From an uncultured Myxococcales bacterium (GTDB taxonomy: Bacteria; Myxococcota; UBA4151): a stretch of 51,180 nucleotides of DNA. The stretch is from the NCBI GenBank assembly GCA_964013405.1, contig CAXGWI010000009.1, positions 1-51,180 of the forward strand, read 5' to 3'. Of this stretch, positions 18,943 to 27,186 are shown in pieces. The notes below the pieces were generated by a model that worked only from the letters and a program-made list of their open reading frames with translations, searched no databases and had not been told where the DNA came from. Every line of letters starts with the position of its first letter. The stretch's first letter is position 1. Position numbers and translations under genes: made by a program.

Positions 18943-20337
18943 CTAATGAGCCGGTGCCACAGGAGCCTCATCTGAGGCCCCTTCATCTGGGGCTGCGCCA
19001 GCAGGGGGCGCCCCCGTACCGGTATCCTGTTTCACACCCCAAATCTTGCCGAGCGCAAGAGCACCAAAGCCAGCGATCACCGTCATCAAGGAGCCCATCT
19101 TCGCGGCCCCCATAATGCCGGCGCCGGCCGCCCCCTTGAAGGCTTCGCCACTCACGAACAGGGCAACGGTGAGGCCAAGACCAGCGATCAGTGATGCCAC
19201 CACCAAGTGCTTGATCTTCATCCCGTCTGGCAACGGGAAGCCGATCACGGTTCCCAGCCAACTAAAGAAGGTGATGCCGATCATCTTGCCGAAGATCAGG
19301 GAGCCCAACACGATCCAGGTGATGATGTTCATGCCACCGAGCATCACGCCAGCGTTTGCCCAAGCGAAGAAGAACAAGCCGAAGTCTACAAAGAGCTTCA
19401 AATCGTGCTCAAAGGCGTGAAGCGCCGCGTGGGAATGGTGCTCCTCTTCCTCATCTTCAGCGGGCTCGTAGAGCCCAGTGTCATGAGTCGGTGCCGGCAA
19501 GAAAGGCACGATGGGCACCAGGGCCAAGGCCGGGTGCAGGTGGGCCATGTAGAAGCCGCACCAGGACAGAGGGCCGGCGATCAAAATATAGGGATGCCAG
19601 TTCTTCACGCCGAACTTCCGAAGACCGAAGGCGACGGCCATACCGGCGACGGCGAGGAGCATGTAGACAGGCTCAGGGGTCTGGCTCGGGTAGAAGACGG
19701 CGATAATCACCAAGCCGATGGCATCATCGGCCACGGCGAGCAATAACAGGAAGCCCACCGCACTGCCTTTGTTACCAAAGATCATCCGGGCAAAAAGCCA
19801 GGCAAGGGCGATATCAGTCGCCGTGGGGATCCCCCAGCCGTTGGCTGCCAATTGGGTGGCGTCGGACCAATGCTGGCCCGCGATAATGTGGTCCGGTGTT
19901 TTGGTTGCGAAGACCTCTGGGGCGACGCCAATCTGTTCGGGTGTGGTGACCATGAGAAAGACGAAAATGAGGTAAAAACCAGCGGGACCGACAATACCAC
20001 CGATCGTTCCCAACAAGGGGTTTACGGCTTTGGAGGGTGGGTTCAGAGCGCCACCCGGCAGCACGGCCTCGGTGATCTCTTTGGCAGCGATGCCGAAGAA
20101 GAGCGCCATAAAGATATCGTTGATCAGAAAGTGGAGCGACTGCCAGTGGGGAATCCCGGTAGGCGTTGTCGCGCCGGCCTCAGCAGTGCCGCCGAAGATC
20201 GAAGTCCAGTCGATATAGACCAGTTGCTGGTAGCCAGCGTAGTCCACGTTGGCGTGGATCAGACCAGCGATCACGCCAAGAATGAGTGGAATGGAAAACT
20301 CCTGAACGAAGTTAACAGCGCGACGGACTTGCGACAT
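18943..20337 (-). CDS. nhaA: Na+/H+ antiporter NhaA
   Basis: INDIFMALFF, GWGIPTATDIA, LLLAVADD, ANAGV, GKMIGI and GLGLTVALF. Confidence 0.92.
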   Translation of the reverse strand: MSQVRRAVNFVQEFSIPLILGVIAGLIHANVDYAGYQQLVYIDWTSIFGGTAEAGATTPTGIPHWQSLHFLINDIFMALFFGIAAKEITEAVLPGGALNPPSKAVNPLLGTIGGIVGPAGFYLIFVFLMVTTPEQIGVAPEVFATKTPDHIIAGQHWSDATQLAANGWGIPTATDIALAWLFARMIFGNKGSAVGFLLLLAVADDAIGLVIIAVFYPSQTPEPVYMLLAVAGMAVAFGLRKFGVKNWHPYILIAGPLSWCGFYMAHLHPALALVPIVPFLPAPTHDTGLYEPAEDEEEEHHSHAALHAFEHDLKLFVDFGLFFFAWANAGVMLGGMNIITWIVLGSLIFGKMIGITFFSWLGTVIGFPLPDGMKIKHLVVASLIAGLGLTVALFVSGEAFKGAAGAGIMGAAKMGSLMTVIAGFGALALGKIWGVKQDTGTGAPPAGAAPDEGASDEAPVAPAH

Positions 20338-20352
20338 AGCGCGGCGACCTTT

Positions 20353-21864
20353 CTAGGGCTTGAGGCTTTTCAGCCAAGCCCGTTTCAACTGCTCAGGTCC
20401 GGTTTCGCCGACCTGTCGTAAATAGGCATACACGGGGCGCCGCCAAGGGATATCGAGCATCACCGGGGCCGCGTCGTATTTCCGGAAGCGATAACCATCG
20501 CCACCAAAGAGCATAAAATCGTTGATCAGAACGGGAACTCGTCGCCCCGCGGGGATTGCTCGCCCCCCAACCTGGGCCTTGCCGTCAGCGTCGAGTGACG
20601 CCCCTGTGGCAAGGCTCTGGGGATGTTTCAGCACCTCGGTCAGTTCCGGCCCCGTCAAATGCACCCGGACGATACTGTTGGTAAAAGGCATCACACCGAT
20701 AATATCGCTCACCGTCACCGGGCCGGCGGGCAGCGACATGCGCAGCCCGCCCCGATTGGTGATGGCCACCGCGGCTTTTTCATCGGCAGCAACCCAGGCC
20801 TGACCCACCAACTGTCCGAGCCCGTGATCGGCGAGTTCACCCTCGTTGGGCAGGGGTCCAGTCAACTGCCCCAGGACCTCTTTACCCCGATCATCGCTAT
20901 CCACCTTGGCCTGATCCAGAATGGCCTTGAGGGCCGGATCTTTGATCTCTTTATCCTTACTCGTGATCTTAATCCGGTCGACGCGTACTCGGTCCTCGGC
21001 CAGATCGATTTCAACCTCGCAGAGCTCCTTCAACTTGTCCTTAGGCACACAGAGGGCCAGGGAACCGTTCGTCTCGTGGTAGGGCGTATGCACATGCCCC
21101 CCGAGCAATGCCCGAACCCCCGCGGCATGAAGCGCCTTTAAGTGGGGTTCGAAGATCTTCACGTTGTCATGAATCACGATGACCGAGAAATCGGCACCGC
21201 GGGTATCTCGAGCTTCGATAGCAAGGTCCACGGCAACCGCTGTGGGATCCTCAAAGTTCATACCAGCCACAGCATCAGGGCGCGTGACTTTGGGCGTCGC
21301 CTCATAGGCTAAGCCGATGATCGCCACCTTCAGCCCCGACCGTTCAACGATCTTCATGGCCTCAAAGGGTCGCTCGCCAGTGACTGAAGACACGTTGCCG
21401 GCCAGATAACTGAACTTACTGGCTGCCATGTTTCGATGGAGCACATCGAGACCGAAATCGAATTCGTGATTACCCACAGCCGTCGCAACGTAGCCCAGGT
21501 GATTGAAGACCTCGACCATGGGGCGACCTTCGAGGAGGGTCGAAATCGCCGGTCCAGTCCACATGTCCCCGCCGCTGACGAGGAGATCTCGGCGCGCATC
21601 GAAGCCCTGGGATTTAAGGAAGCGGCTCAGAAGCTCCGTGCCGCCGTAACGGGTCTGCTTGGAACGGGAAAACCGGCCATCCAGCCAGCCATGCTCATCG
21701 CTCGTGTGATAGATTCGAACGACTCGCTTCGTGCCACTGGCACCCGGCTCCGAGGCTTTGACTTCTGGATCGGCGGGTGCCGCCGACTGTTCGGATTCGA
21801 ACAGGGGCTTGGGGCTGGCACAAGCGACCATTGCGATCAACATCAGGCCGAACCAGCGACGCAT
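20353..21864 (-). CDS. Bifunctional metallophosphatase/5'-nucleotidase lipoprotein
   Basis: Lipobox MVAC; HTSDEHG, GGDMWTG, GNHEFD and GGHVH; C-domain NRGGLR...MPFTN...FGGDGY. Confidence 0.92.
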   Translation of the reverse strand: MRRWFGLMLIAMVACASPKPLFESEQSAAPADPEVKASEPGASGTKRVVRIYHTSDEHGWLDGRFSRSKQTRYGGTELLSRFLKSQGFDARRDLLVSGGDMWTGPAISTLLEGRPMVEVFNHLGYVATAVGNHEFDFGLDVLHRNMAASKFSYLAGNVSSVTGERPFEAMKIVERSGLKVAIIGLAYEATPKVTRPDAVAGMNFEDPTAVAVDLAIEARDTRGADFSVIVIHDNVKIFEPHLKALHAAGVRALLGGHVHTPYHETNGSLALCVPKDKLKELCEVEIDLAEDRVRVDRIKITSKDKEIKDPALKAILDQAKVDSDDRGKEVLGQLTGPLPNEGELADHGLGQLVGQAWVAADEKAAVAITNRGGLRMSLPAGPVTVSDIIGVMPFTNSIVRVHLTGPELTEVLKHPQSLATGASLDADGKAQVGGRAIPAGRRVPVLINDFMLFGGDGYRFRKYDAAPVMLDIPWRRPVYAYLRQVGETGPEQLKRAWLKSLKP

Positions 21865-21910
21865 CGACGCCCTCCTCAGACTCGCGCGAAGCCGTCTAGC
21901 TCAGGTGGCC

Positions 21911-24556
21911 TCAGCTTGACAAGGAAGCGCGAAGCGCGTCGGGGAATGCTTCCAATGCAGTTGGGATACCTTGGGGGTTGCCGCCTCCGGCCTGAGCCAT
22001 GTCTGGACGACCACCGCCACCGCCACCAATGTGACTCGCAAGGGCTTTGATCATCTGTCCAGCATGGGCCCGGCCAGCCAACTCCTTGCTCACAGCGATT
22101 TGCAGAAAAGCCTTTGGCCCCTTGTCCCCGGCCAGCATCACGACCCCCTCGCCCAATCTGTCCCGAAGGGTGTCGGCCAGTTCTCTGAGACTCCGACCAT
22201 CCGTATCGGGGAGGTGGGCAGCGATGTAACGAATGCCATCCAACTCTTGGGCTTGGTCCACGAGTTCGGTGCTTTGCCCGCTGCGAACTTCTGACTTCAA
22301 GGCTTCCAACTCCGTGAGGGCAGCTTTCAACTGGCCTTGAAGGCCCCGGATTCGGTCGCCAAGTTGGGCAGGGCTGGTTTTGAGGAGCCCTGCGTGCTCG
22401 GCCAGATCCCGCTCGGTCTGGTGGACAACGCCGACTGCATCGGATCCTGTGACCGCTTCGATACGACGCTGACCTGCGGCAATGGCACTCTCGGAAACGA
22501 TCTTGAAGAAGCCGATGTCGCCCGTGCGGGACACGTGGGTACCACCGCACAACTCGAAGCTCTCCGGCCCCAGGCGGACAGTCCGAACCTCCTCATCATA
22601 CTTCTCGCCAAACATTGCGACGGCCCCGGCGCTCCGGGCCTCATCCAGATCCATCACGACCGTCTCTGCGCCGTGATTCGCGACGACCCAATGGTTCACG
22701 TGGGCCTCGACTGCTTGCTTCTCGTCCGGTGTCAGCGCGGCGAAATGGGTAAAATCGAAACGCAGCCGATCGGGCCCCACCGCGCTGCCTGCCTGGCCCA
22801 CATGGTCACCCAAAACCTCTTGGAGCGCTGCCTGCAAGAGATGGGTTGCGCTGTGATTGGCCCGAATCTTTTGCCGTCGAAGTCCATCGACCTGCTGGTC
22901 GACCCCACAACCGACGGCCAGATCACCTTCGATGACCGTGATCTCAAGAGTGTGTAGGCCTTCCTGCTTCCCCGTGTGATGAACTTCTGCGCGCCCGCCG
23001 GGCCATTGGAGTTCACCGGCGTCGCCGATTTGGCCACCGCTCTCGCCATAAAATGGGGTCCGGTCCACAAGAGCGATGCCCTTGGCCCCGGCCCTGATCT
23101 GGTCCACTTCCATTTGCTCCTGCAGGAGGGCGACCACCTCCCCCTTGCCGCTGAGCCCCAACCCATCGCCGATCGCGTCCGGATAACCGATGAATTCCGT
23201 CGCTGGAATGCGTCCGCTGAGCTCATGAAAAACGGCCCCTGTCCCTGTGACCCCCAGGGCCCCCCGGCTCTGCTCTTTTTGGACCGCCATGGCGGCCTCG
23301 AAACCGTCTTCATCCAGCCCCAGGCCTCGCTCCTCAGCGATCAGTCGGGTGAGGTCGAGGGGAAAGCCGTAGGTATCGTAGAGTTGAAAGGCTGTTTCAC
23401 CGGGCAATGAGTCGCCCGTTTCCAGCCCGGCAAAGGCCTGTTCAAGGAGTGCCAAACCCCGGTCGAGTGTGCGCCGAAAGGCGGATTCCTCATTCTCGGC
23501 CACCTTTAAGATCAATTCCCGGGCCTCTTTGAGTTCCGGGTATGCGACCTGCATCCGAGTGATCACCCGGTCGCAGGCGGCCGCGAAGAAGTGACCGGAG
23601 AAGTCCAGGCATTCGCCATGGCGGATCGCCCGACGAATGATGCGTCTTAACACGTATCCACGGCCCAGGTTGCCCGGAAGAACGCCGTCGGCCACGAGAA
23701 AGGTCGTTGCCCGTGCATGGTCCGCAATCACCCGAAGGGCCACATCCTCCGGTCGATCAGACCGCTCGTAGGCGACGCCGCCGTCCTTGGCCGTTCCTTC
23801 GATAATGGGTAAGAAGAGGTCCGTGTGGTAGTTCGATGCCTCGCCCCGTAAGACAGCGGCAAGTCGTTCGAGGCCAGCCCCCGTATCGATACTGCCACGG
23901 ACCAGCGGTGTCAGCTCGCCCTCGGCATTGCGCTCGAACTGCATGAAGACCACGTTCCAGAGCTCCAGGAGCCGGCTGTCATCAGCCAGCGGGTCCCCAG
24001 AAGCCTCCGGATGGCGATCCCAATGAATTTCCGTGCATGGGCCGCAGGGACCGGTGTCGCCCATCGCCCAAAAGTTGTCCTTTTCGCCGCAGCGCAGAAC
24101 CCGTTCCGCCGGAACGCCAATCTCTTGCGTCCAGATCCGCTGGGCTTCATCGTCGGTCTCGAAAATCGTGATCCAAAGGCGCTCCGCAGGGAGCTCCAAG
24201 GTTTTCGTCAGAAAGTCCCAGGCCATCGCGCAGGCTTCCGACTTGAAATAATCAGCAAAACTGAAGTTGCCGAGCATTTCAAAGAAGGTGTGGTGCCGAG
24301 CCGTCCTGCCCACGTTTTCTAGATCGTTGTGCTTACCACCGGCCCGGACACATTTTTGGGAGGTGGTGGCCCGGGCAGCAGGCCGCTGCTGCCGCCCCGT
24401 GAAAATCTCTTTAAACTGGACCATGCCCGCGTTGGTGAAAAGGAGGGTGGCGTCCCCTTCGGGCACCAATGGGCTCGAACGAAGTATCTTGTGCTCTCGA
24501 TCGGCAAAGTAATCGAGAAAGGCCTGACGAAGTTCGTCGGCACTCAGTTGCTTCAT
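21911..24556 (-). CDS. alaS: Alanine--tRNA ligase
   Basis: LLFTNAGM, HHTFFEMLGNFSF, GPCGPC, editing NHSATH/ELCGGTH and C-terminal GGGGGRPDMAQAGG. Confidence 0.99.
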   Translation of the reverse strand: MKQLSADELRQAFLDYFADREHKILRSSPLVPEGDATLLFTNAGMVQFKEIFTGRQQRPAARATTSQKCVRAGGKHNDLENVGRTARHHTFFEMLGNFSFADYFKSEACAMAWDFLTKTLELPAERLWITIFETDDEAQRIWTQEIGVPAERVLRCGEKDNFWAMGDTGPCGPCTEIHWDRHPEASGDPLADDSRLLELWNVVFMQFERNAEGELTPLVRGSIDTGAGLERLAAVLRGEASNYHTDLFLPIIEGTAKDGGVAYERSDRPEDVALRVIADHARATTFLVADGVLPGNLGRGYVLRRIIRRAIRHGECLDFSGHFFAAACDRVITRMQVAYPELKEARELILKVAENEESAFRRTLDRGLALLEQAFAGLETGDSLPGETAFQLYDTYGFPLDLTRLIAEERGLGLDEDGFEAAMAVQKEQSRGALGVTGTGAVFHELSGRIPATEFIGYPDAIGDGLGLSGKGEVVALLQEQMEVDQIRAGAKGIALVDRTPFYGESGGQIGDAGELQWPGGRAEVHHTGKQEGLHTLEITVIEGDLAVGCGVDQQVDGLRRQKIRANHSATHLLQAALQEVLGDHVGQAGSAVGPDRLRFDFTHFAALTPDEKQAVEAHVNHWVVANHGAETVVMDLDEARSAGAVAMFGEKYDEEVRTVRLGPESFELCGGTHVSRTGDIGFFKIVSESAIAAGQRRIEAVTGSDAVGVVHQTERDLAEHAGLLKTSPAQLGDRIRGLQGQLKAALTELEALKSEVRSGQSTELVDQAQELDGIRYIAAHLPDTDGRSLRELADTLRDRLGEGVVMLAGDKGPKAFLQIAVSKELAGRAHAGQMIKALASHIGGGGGGRPDMAQAGGGNPQGIPTALEAFPDALRASLSS

Positions 24557-24654
24557 GGTCAATCCCCCGTATCCGGGGGCTGCATAACCGTCGGCGCTCG
24601 GCCGGTCACGCCTTATCGTTTTGCCGGCCCCGAGGCGAACTCAGATCAGGGCGA

Positions 24655-25467
24655 TTAGCCCAGCAGGTTGAGCGCCGCCTGGGGGAACTGGCTCGCCTGA
24701 ACCAGCAGGGCCACGTTGCTTTGCTGAAGGATGTCAGCGCGCACCTTCTCGGCCGACGCAGCTGCGACGTCCAAGTCACGAATCTGGCTGTTCGCCGAGA
24801 CCGTGTTTTCAATGCGACTGGACAGGTTCATGCTCGCCCGCTCCAAACGGTTCTGTACCGCACCGATCGAACTCCGCTGAGCGCTGGTCTGCTCGGTGGC
24901 CTCATCGATGGCCGTGAGGGCTGCCTGAGCTCCCTCGGCCGTTGATAGGTCGACGTCGTCCAGACCGAGGGCCTCGGCGCTGGTTCCGTCGCCGGTATCC
25001 AATGCGATGGTCTCACCATCAGTCGTCCCCACCTGGAACTCGAACTGCTGATCGGCTTCAAGAACATTGGTGCCGTTAAATTCGGTGCTTTCGGTAATCC
25101 GGTCGACGTCGGCAACGATGCCCTCCGCCTCGGCTTGGAAGGCCTGCCGCTGGGCATCACTTAGAGTGCCGTTCGATGCCCGCACCGCCAGTTCCCGAAG
25201 CCGGCCCAGACCGTCCTGGATTTGCCCGATCCCGCTGTCGGCAACCTGGGTAAAACTGGTCGCCTCATTGGCATTGGTTCGAGCTGTGTCCATGGCCGCC
25301 AAAGCATGCTCAAGGGACGTGGAGATGGCCAGCGATGCGGCATCATCGGCTGCCTTCGTGATCCGCGAACCACTGCTTAACTGATTGAAGACCTGATTCA
25401 ACTTGTTCGACTGATTGGCCAGCCGGTTCTGAATCATGGATGCACTTGTTTTATCAGAGACTTTCAT
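24655..25467 (-). CDS. fliC: Flagellin (minimal D0-D1, 270 aa)
   Basis: LSSGSRITKAADDAA.LAI, RLRELAV.ASNGT, TEFNG, QVG, RSSIGAVQNRLE, SQIRDLD.A, ILQQ and ALNLLG; GGAGGA RBS. Confidence 0.95.
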   Translation of the reverse strand: MKVSDKTSASMIQNRLANQSNKLNQVFNQLSSGSRITKAADDAASLAISTSLEHALAAMDTARTNANEATSFTQVADSGIGQIQDGLGRLRELAVRASNGTLSDAQRQAFQAEAEGIVADVDRITESTEFNGTNVLEADQQFEFQVGTTDGETIALDTGDGTSAEALGLDDVDLSTAEGAQAALTAIDEATEQTSAQRSSIGAVQNRLERASMNLSSRIENTVSANSQIRDLDVAAASAEKVRADILQQSNVALLVQASQFPQAALNLLG

Positions 25468-25677
25468 TGGAAGGTCCTCCCTGAACCTGACCGGTATAAC
25501 GCCTCACCATAGGTGGGGCATCCCTCTTCGGTGCTGTAATCTTATCACTGAATCTGTCCAAGGGAAAGGGGATAGGCTCCTACTTTCGGGCCAACAATGC
25601 CCTGCCGACGATCTGAGGATTGATCGATGGGGCCACCGAGGCTATGCGCTCTCGCCAGCAAACTTGGAGTCGAAAAC

Positions 25678-26433
25678 ATGCAGTTGAGTTCAATGAAAAT
25701 CATCATCACCGGCGCCGCCTCTGGAATGGGGCGCTCCTTTGCTCTCGCCGCCCACCGGGCTGGTGCACGGGTCTTGGCTTGCGATGTGGACGAGGCGGGC
25801 CTGGCGAGTCTCGCCGAGGAAACGCAGGGGGCCGTGCTCACCCAGGTCTGCAACGTGGCCGATGAAGACAGCGTTGAAGCCCTCTTCGAACGGGCTGAAA
25901 ATGATCTCGGCGGGGCCGACGGCCTGATCAATAACGCCGGCATTATCCGGGATGGGCTGCTGGTCAAAAAGGACCGGGAGACTGGAGCCGTGAAAACCCT
26001 GAGCCTGAAAAAATGGCAGCAGGTGATCGACGTCAATCTCACCGGTGTCTTCCTGTGCTCGCGGGCTTTCAGCGCCCGCTGCGTCGAGGCCGGTCGCAAG
26101 GGCTGCATCGTCTCGATCTCCAGCGTCAGTCGCCATGGCAACCGGGGCCAGACCAACTACTCCGCAGCCAAAGCGGGGCTGGTTGCAATGACCAAACTGT
26201 GGAGCCTGGAGCTAAGCCGCTTCGGGATTCGAACCGGGGCGATTGCACCGGGCCCCGTGGACACCCCCATTCTGATGCAAATGCCGGAGAAAGCCCGAGA
26301 AGGGCTGACGCGTATGATTCCACTGGGGCGCTTTGCGGACCCCGATGAAATCTTTCACGGCGTTCAATTTATCTTTGAGAATGAGTTCTTCACGGGGCGC
26401 ACCATCGATGTCGACGGCGGTACAGTCATCTGA
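25678..26433 (+). CDS. SDR family oxidoreductase (FabG-like)
   Basis: IITGAASGMG, LINNAGIIRD, VNLTG and GQTNYSAAKAG; GGAG RBS before ATG 25678. Confidence 0.93.
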   Translation: MQLSSMKIIITGAASGMGRSFALAAHRAGARVLACDVDEAGLASLAEETQGAVLTQVCNVADEDSVEALFERAENDLGGADGLINNAGIIRDGLLVKKDRETGAVKTLSLKKWQQVIDVNLTGVFLCSRAFSARCVEAGRKGCIVSISSVSRHGNRGQTNYSAAKAGLVAMTKLWSLELSRFGIRTGAIAPGPVDTPILMQMPEKAREGLTRMIPLGRFADPDEIFHGVQFIFENEFFTGRTIDVDGGTVI

Positions 26434-26984
26434 ACGACCCGCTACCGAGCCGGCAAACCGGCGCCCTGAGTTGGCTGATCCGGCTCGACCGTTGGGCCTT
26501 CCTTCGGGCGACTTCCTACCGACCCAATTGGCTGACGGACTTCGTGAAGTGGATTACCGGGCTCGGTGACACCAGGGCCTGGGTTGTCCTTGGCATCGTC
26601 TGCTATTTCTCCGGTGCAGAAGGGCAGCGACTGTCAGCCCTGATGGTGATCGGCGGTCTGTTCTCCATTATCGCCACGAATACGCTCAAATTCGCAGTCC
26701 AAAGGCGCCGCCCATTTGAAGTCGGCTACGACCGTCGCCTCATCAGCGAGCCCTTCGGCAACTCCTTTCCCAGTGGGCACAGCACCCAAGCGCTCACGAT
26801 CACAACGGCCATCGCCCTGCTGTACCCACCGGTGGCCCTTCCCCTTATCAGCCTAGGCTGCGCCATTGCTCTTTCTCGAGTCTATCTGGGGGTCCACTTC
26901 CCCTTGGATGTTGCCCTCGGCATGATCCTAGGCGTCGGGTTGGGGCACGGGGCCGTACGGGTCCTGGATTTGATGCTGCTGTAA
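26430..26984 (+). CDS. PAP2 family phosphatase
   Basis: K.AVQRRRP, SFPSGHS and SRVYLGVHFPLDV. The frame is open upstream of GTG 26544 to CTG 26430, so the start is uncertain. Confidence 0.88.
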   Translation: MNDPLPSRQTGALSWLIRLDRWAFLRATSYRPNWLTDFVKWITGLGDTRAWVVLGIVCYFSGAEGQRLSALMVIGGLFSIIATNTLKFAVQRRRPFEVGYDRRLISEPFGNSFPSGHSTQALTITTAIALLYPPVALPLISLGCAIALSRVYLGVHFPLDVALGMILGVGLGHGAVRVLDLMLL

Positions 26985-27186
26985 CTGGCCCATCCGGCCA
27001 AGATCCGCCTACTTCAAGGCAGATACAAAGCTTTATCAGAGGGTTAAATGAGACACCCTCGGGGCGAGGCCGGCCTCAGCGGCACATCCGAAAGTTTTTT
27101 CTAAGGTCCGGCCGGCCCCGCGCCGCTCTTAGGCGAAGAACCGCAATCGGCCATCTTGGGGCCGTGCCGGGAATGGGGAGACCACC

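Noticed and set aside
25468..25677. Sigma-28/sigma-54 promoter or c-di-GMP riboswitch upstream of flagellin
   Set aside because: No TAAA-N15-GCCGATAA; the TGGCCCG candidate lacks the -12 GC; no GEMM core. Only a small hairpin (25501-25519) and a possible extended -10 (TGATAAGAT) are present, too weak to call.
26985..27186. NrdR boxes or cobalamin riboswitch upstream of nrdJ
   Set aside because: Only a half-match (CATCTTGGGG) and short GC palindromes; no B12-box.
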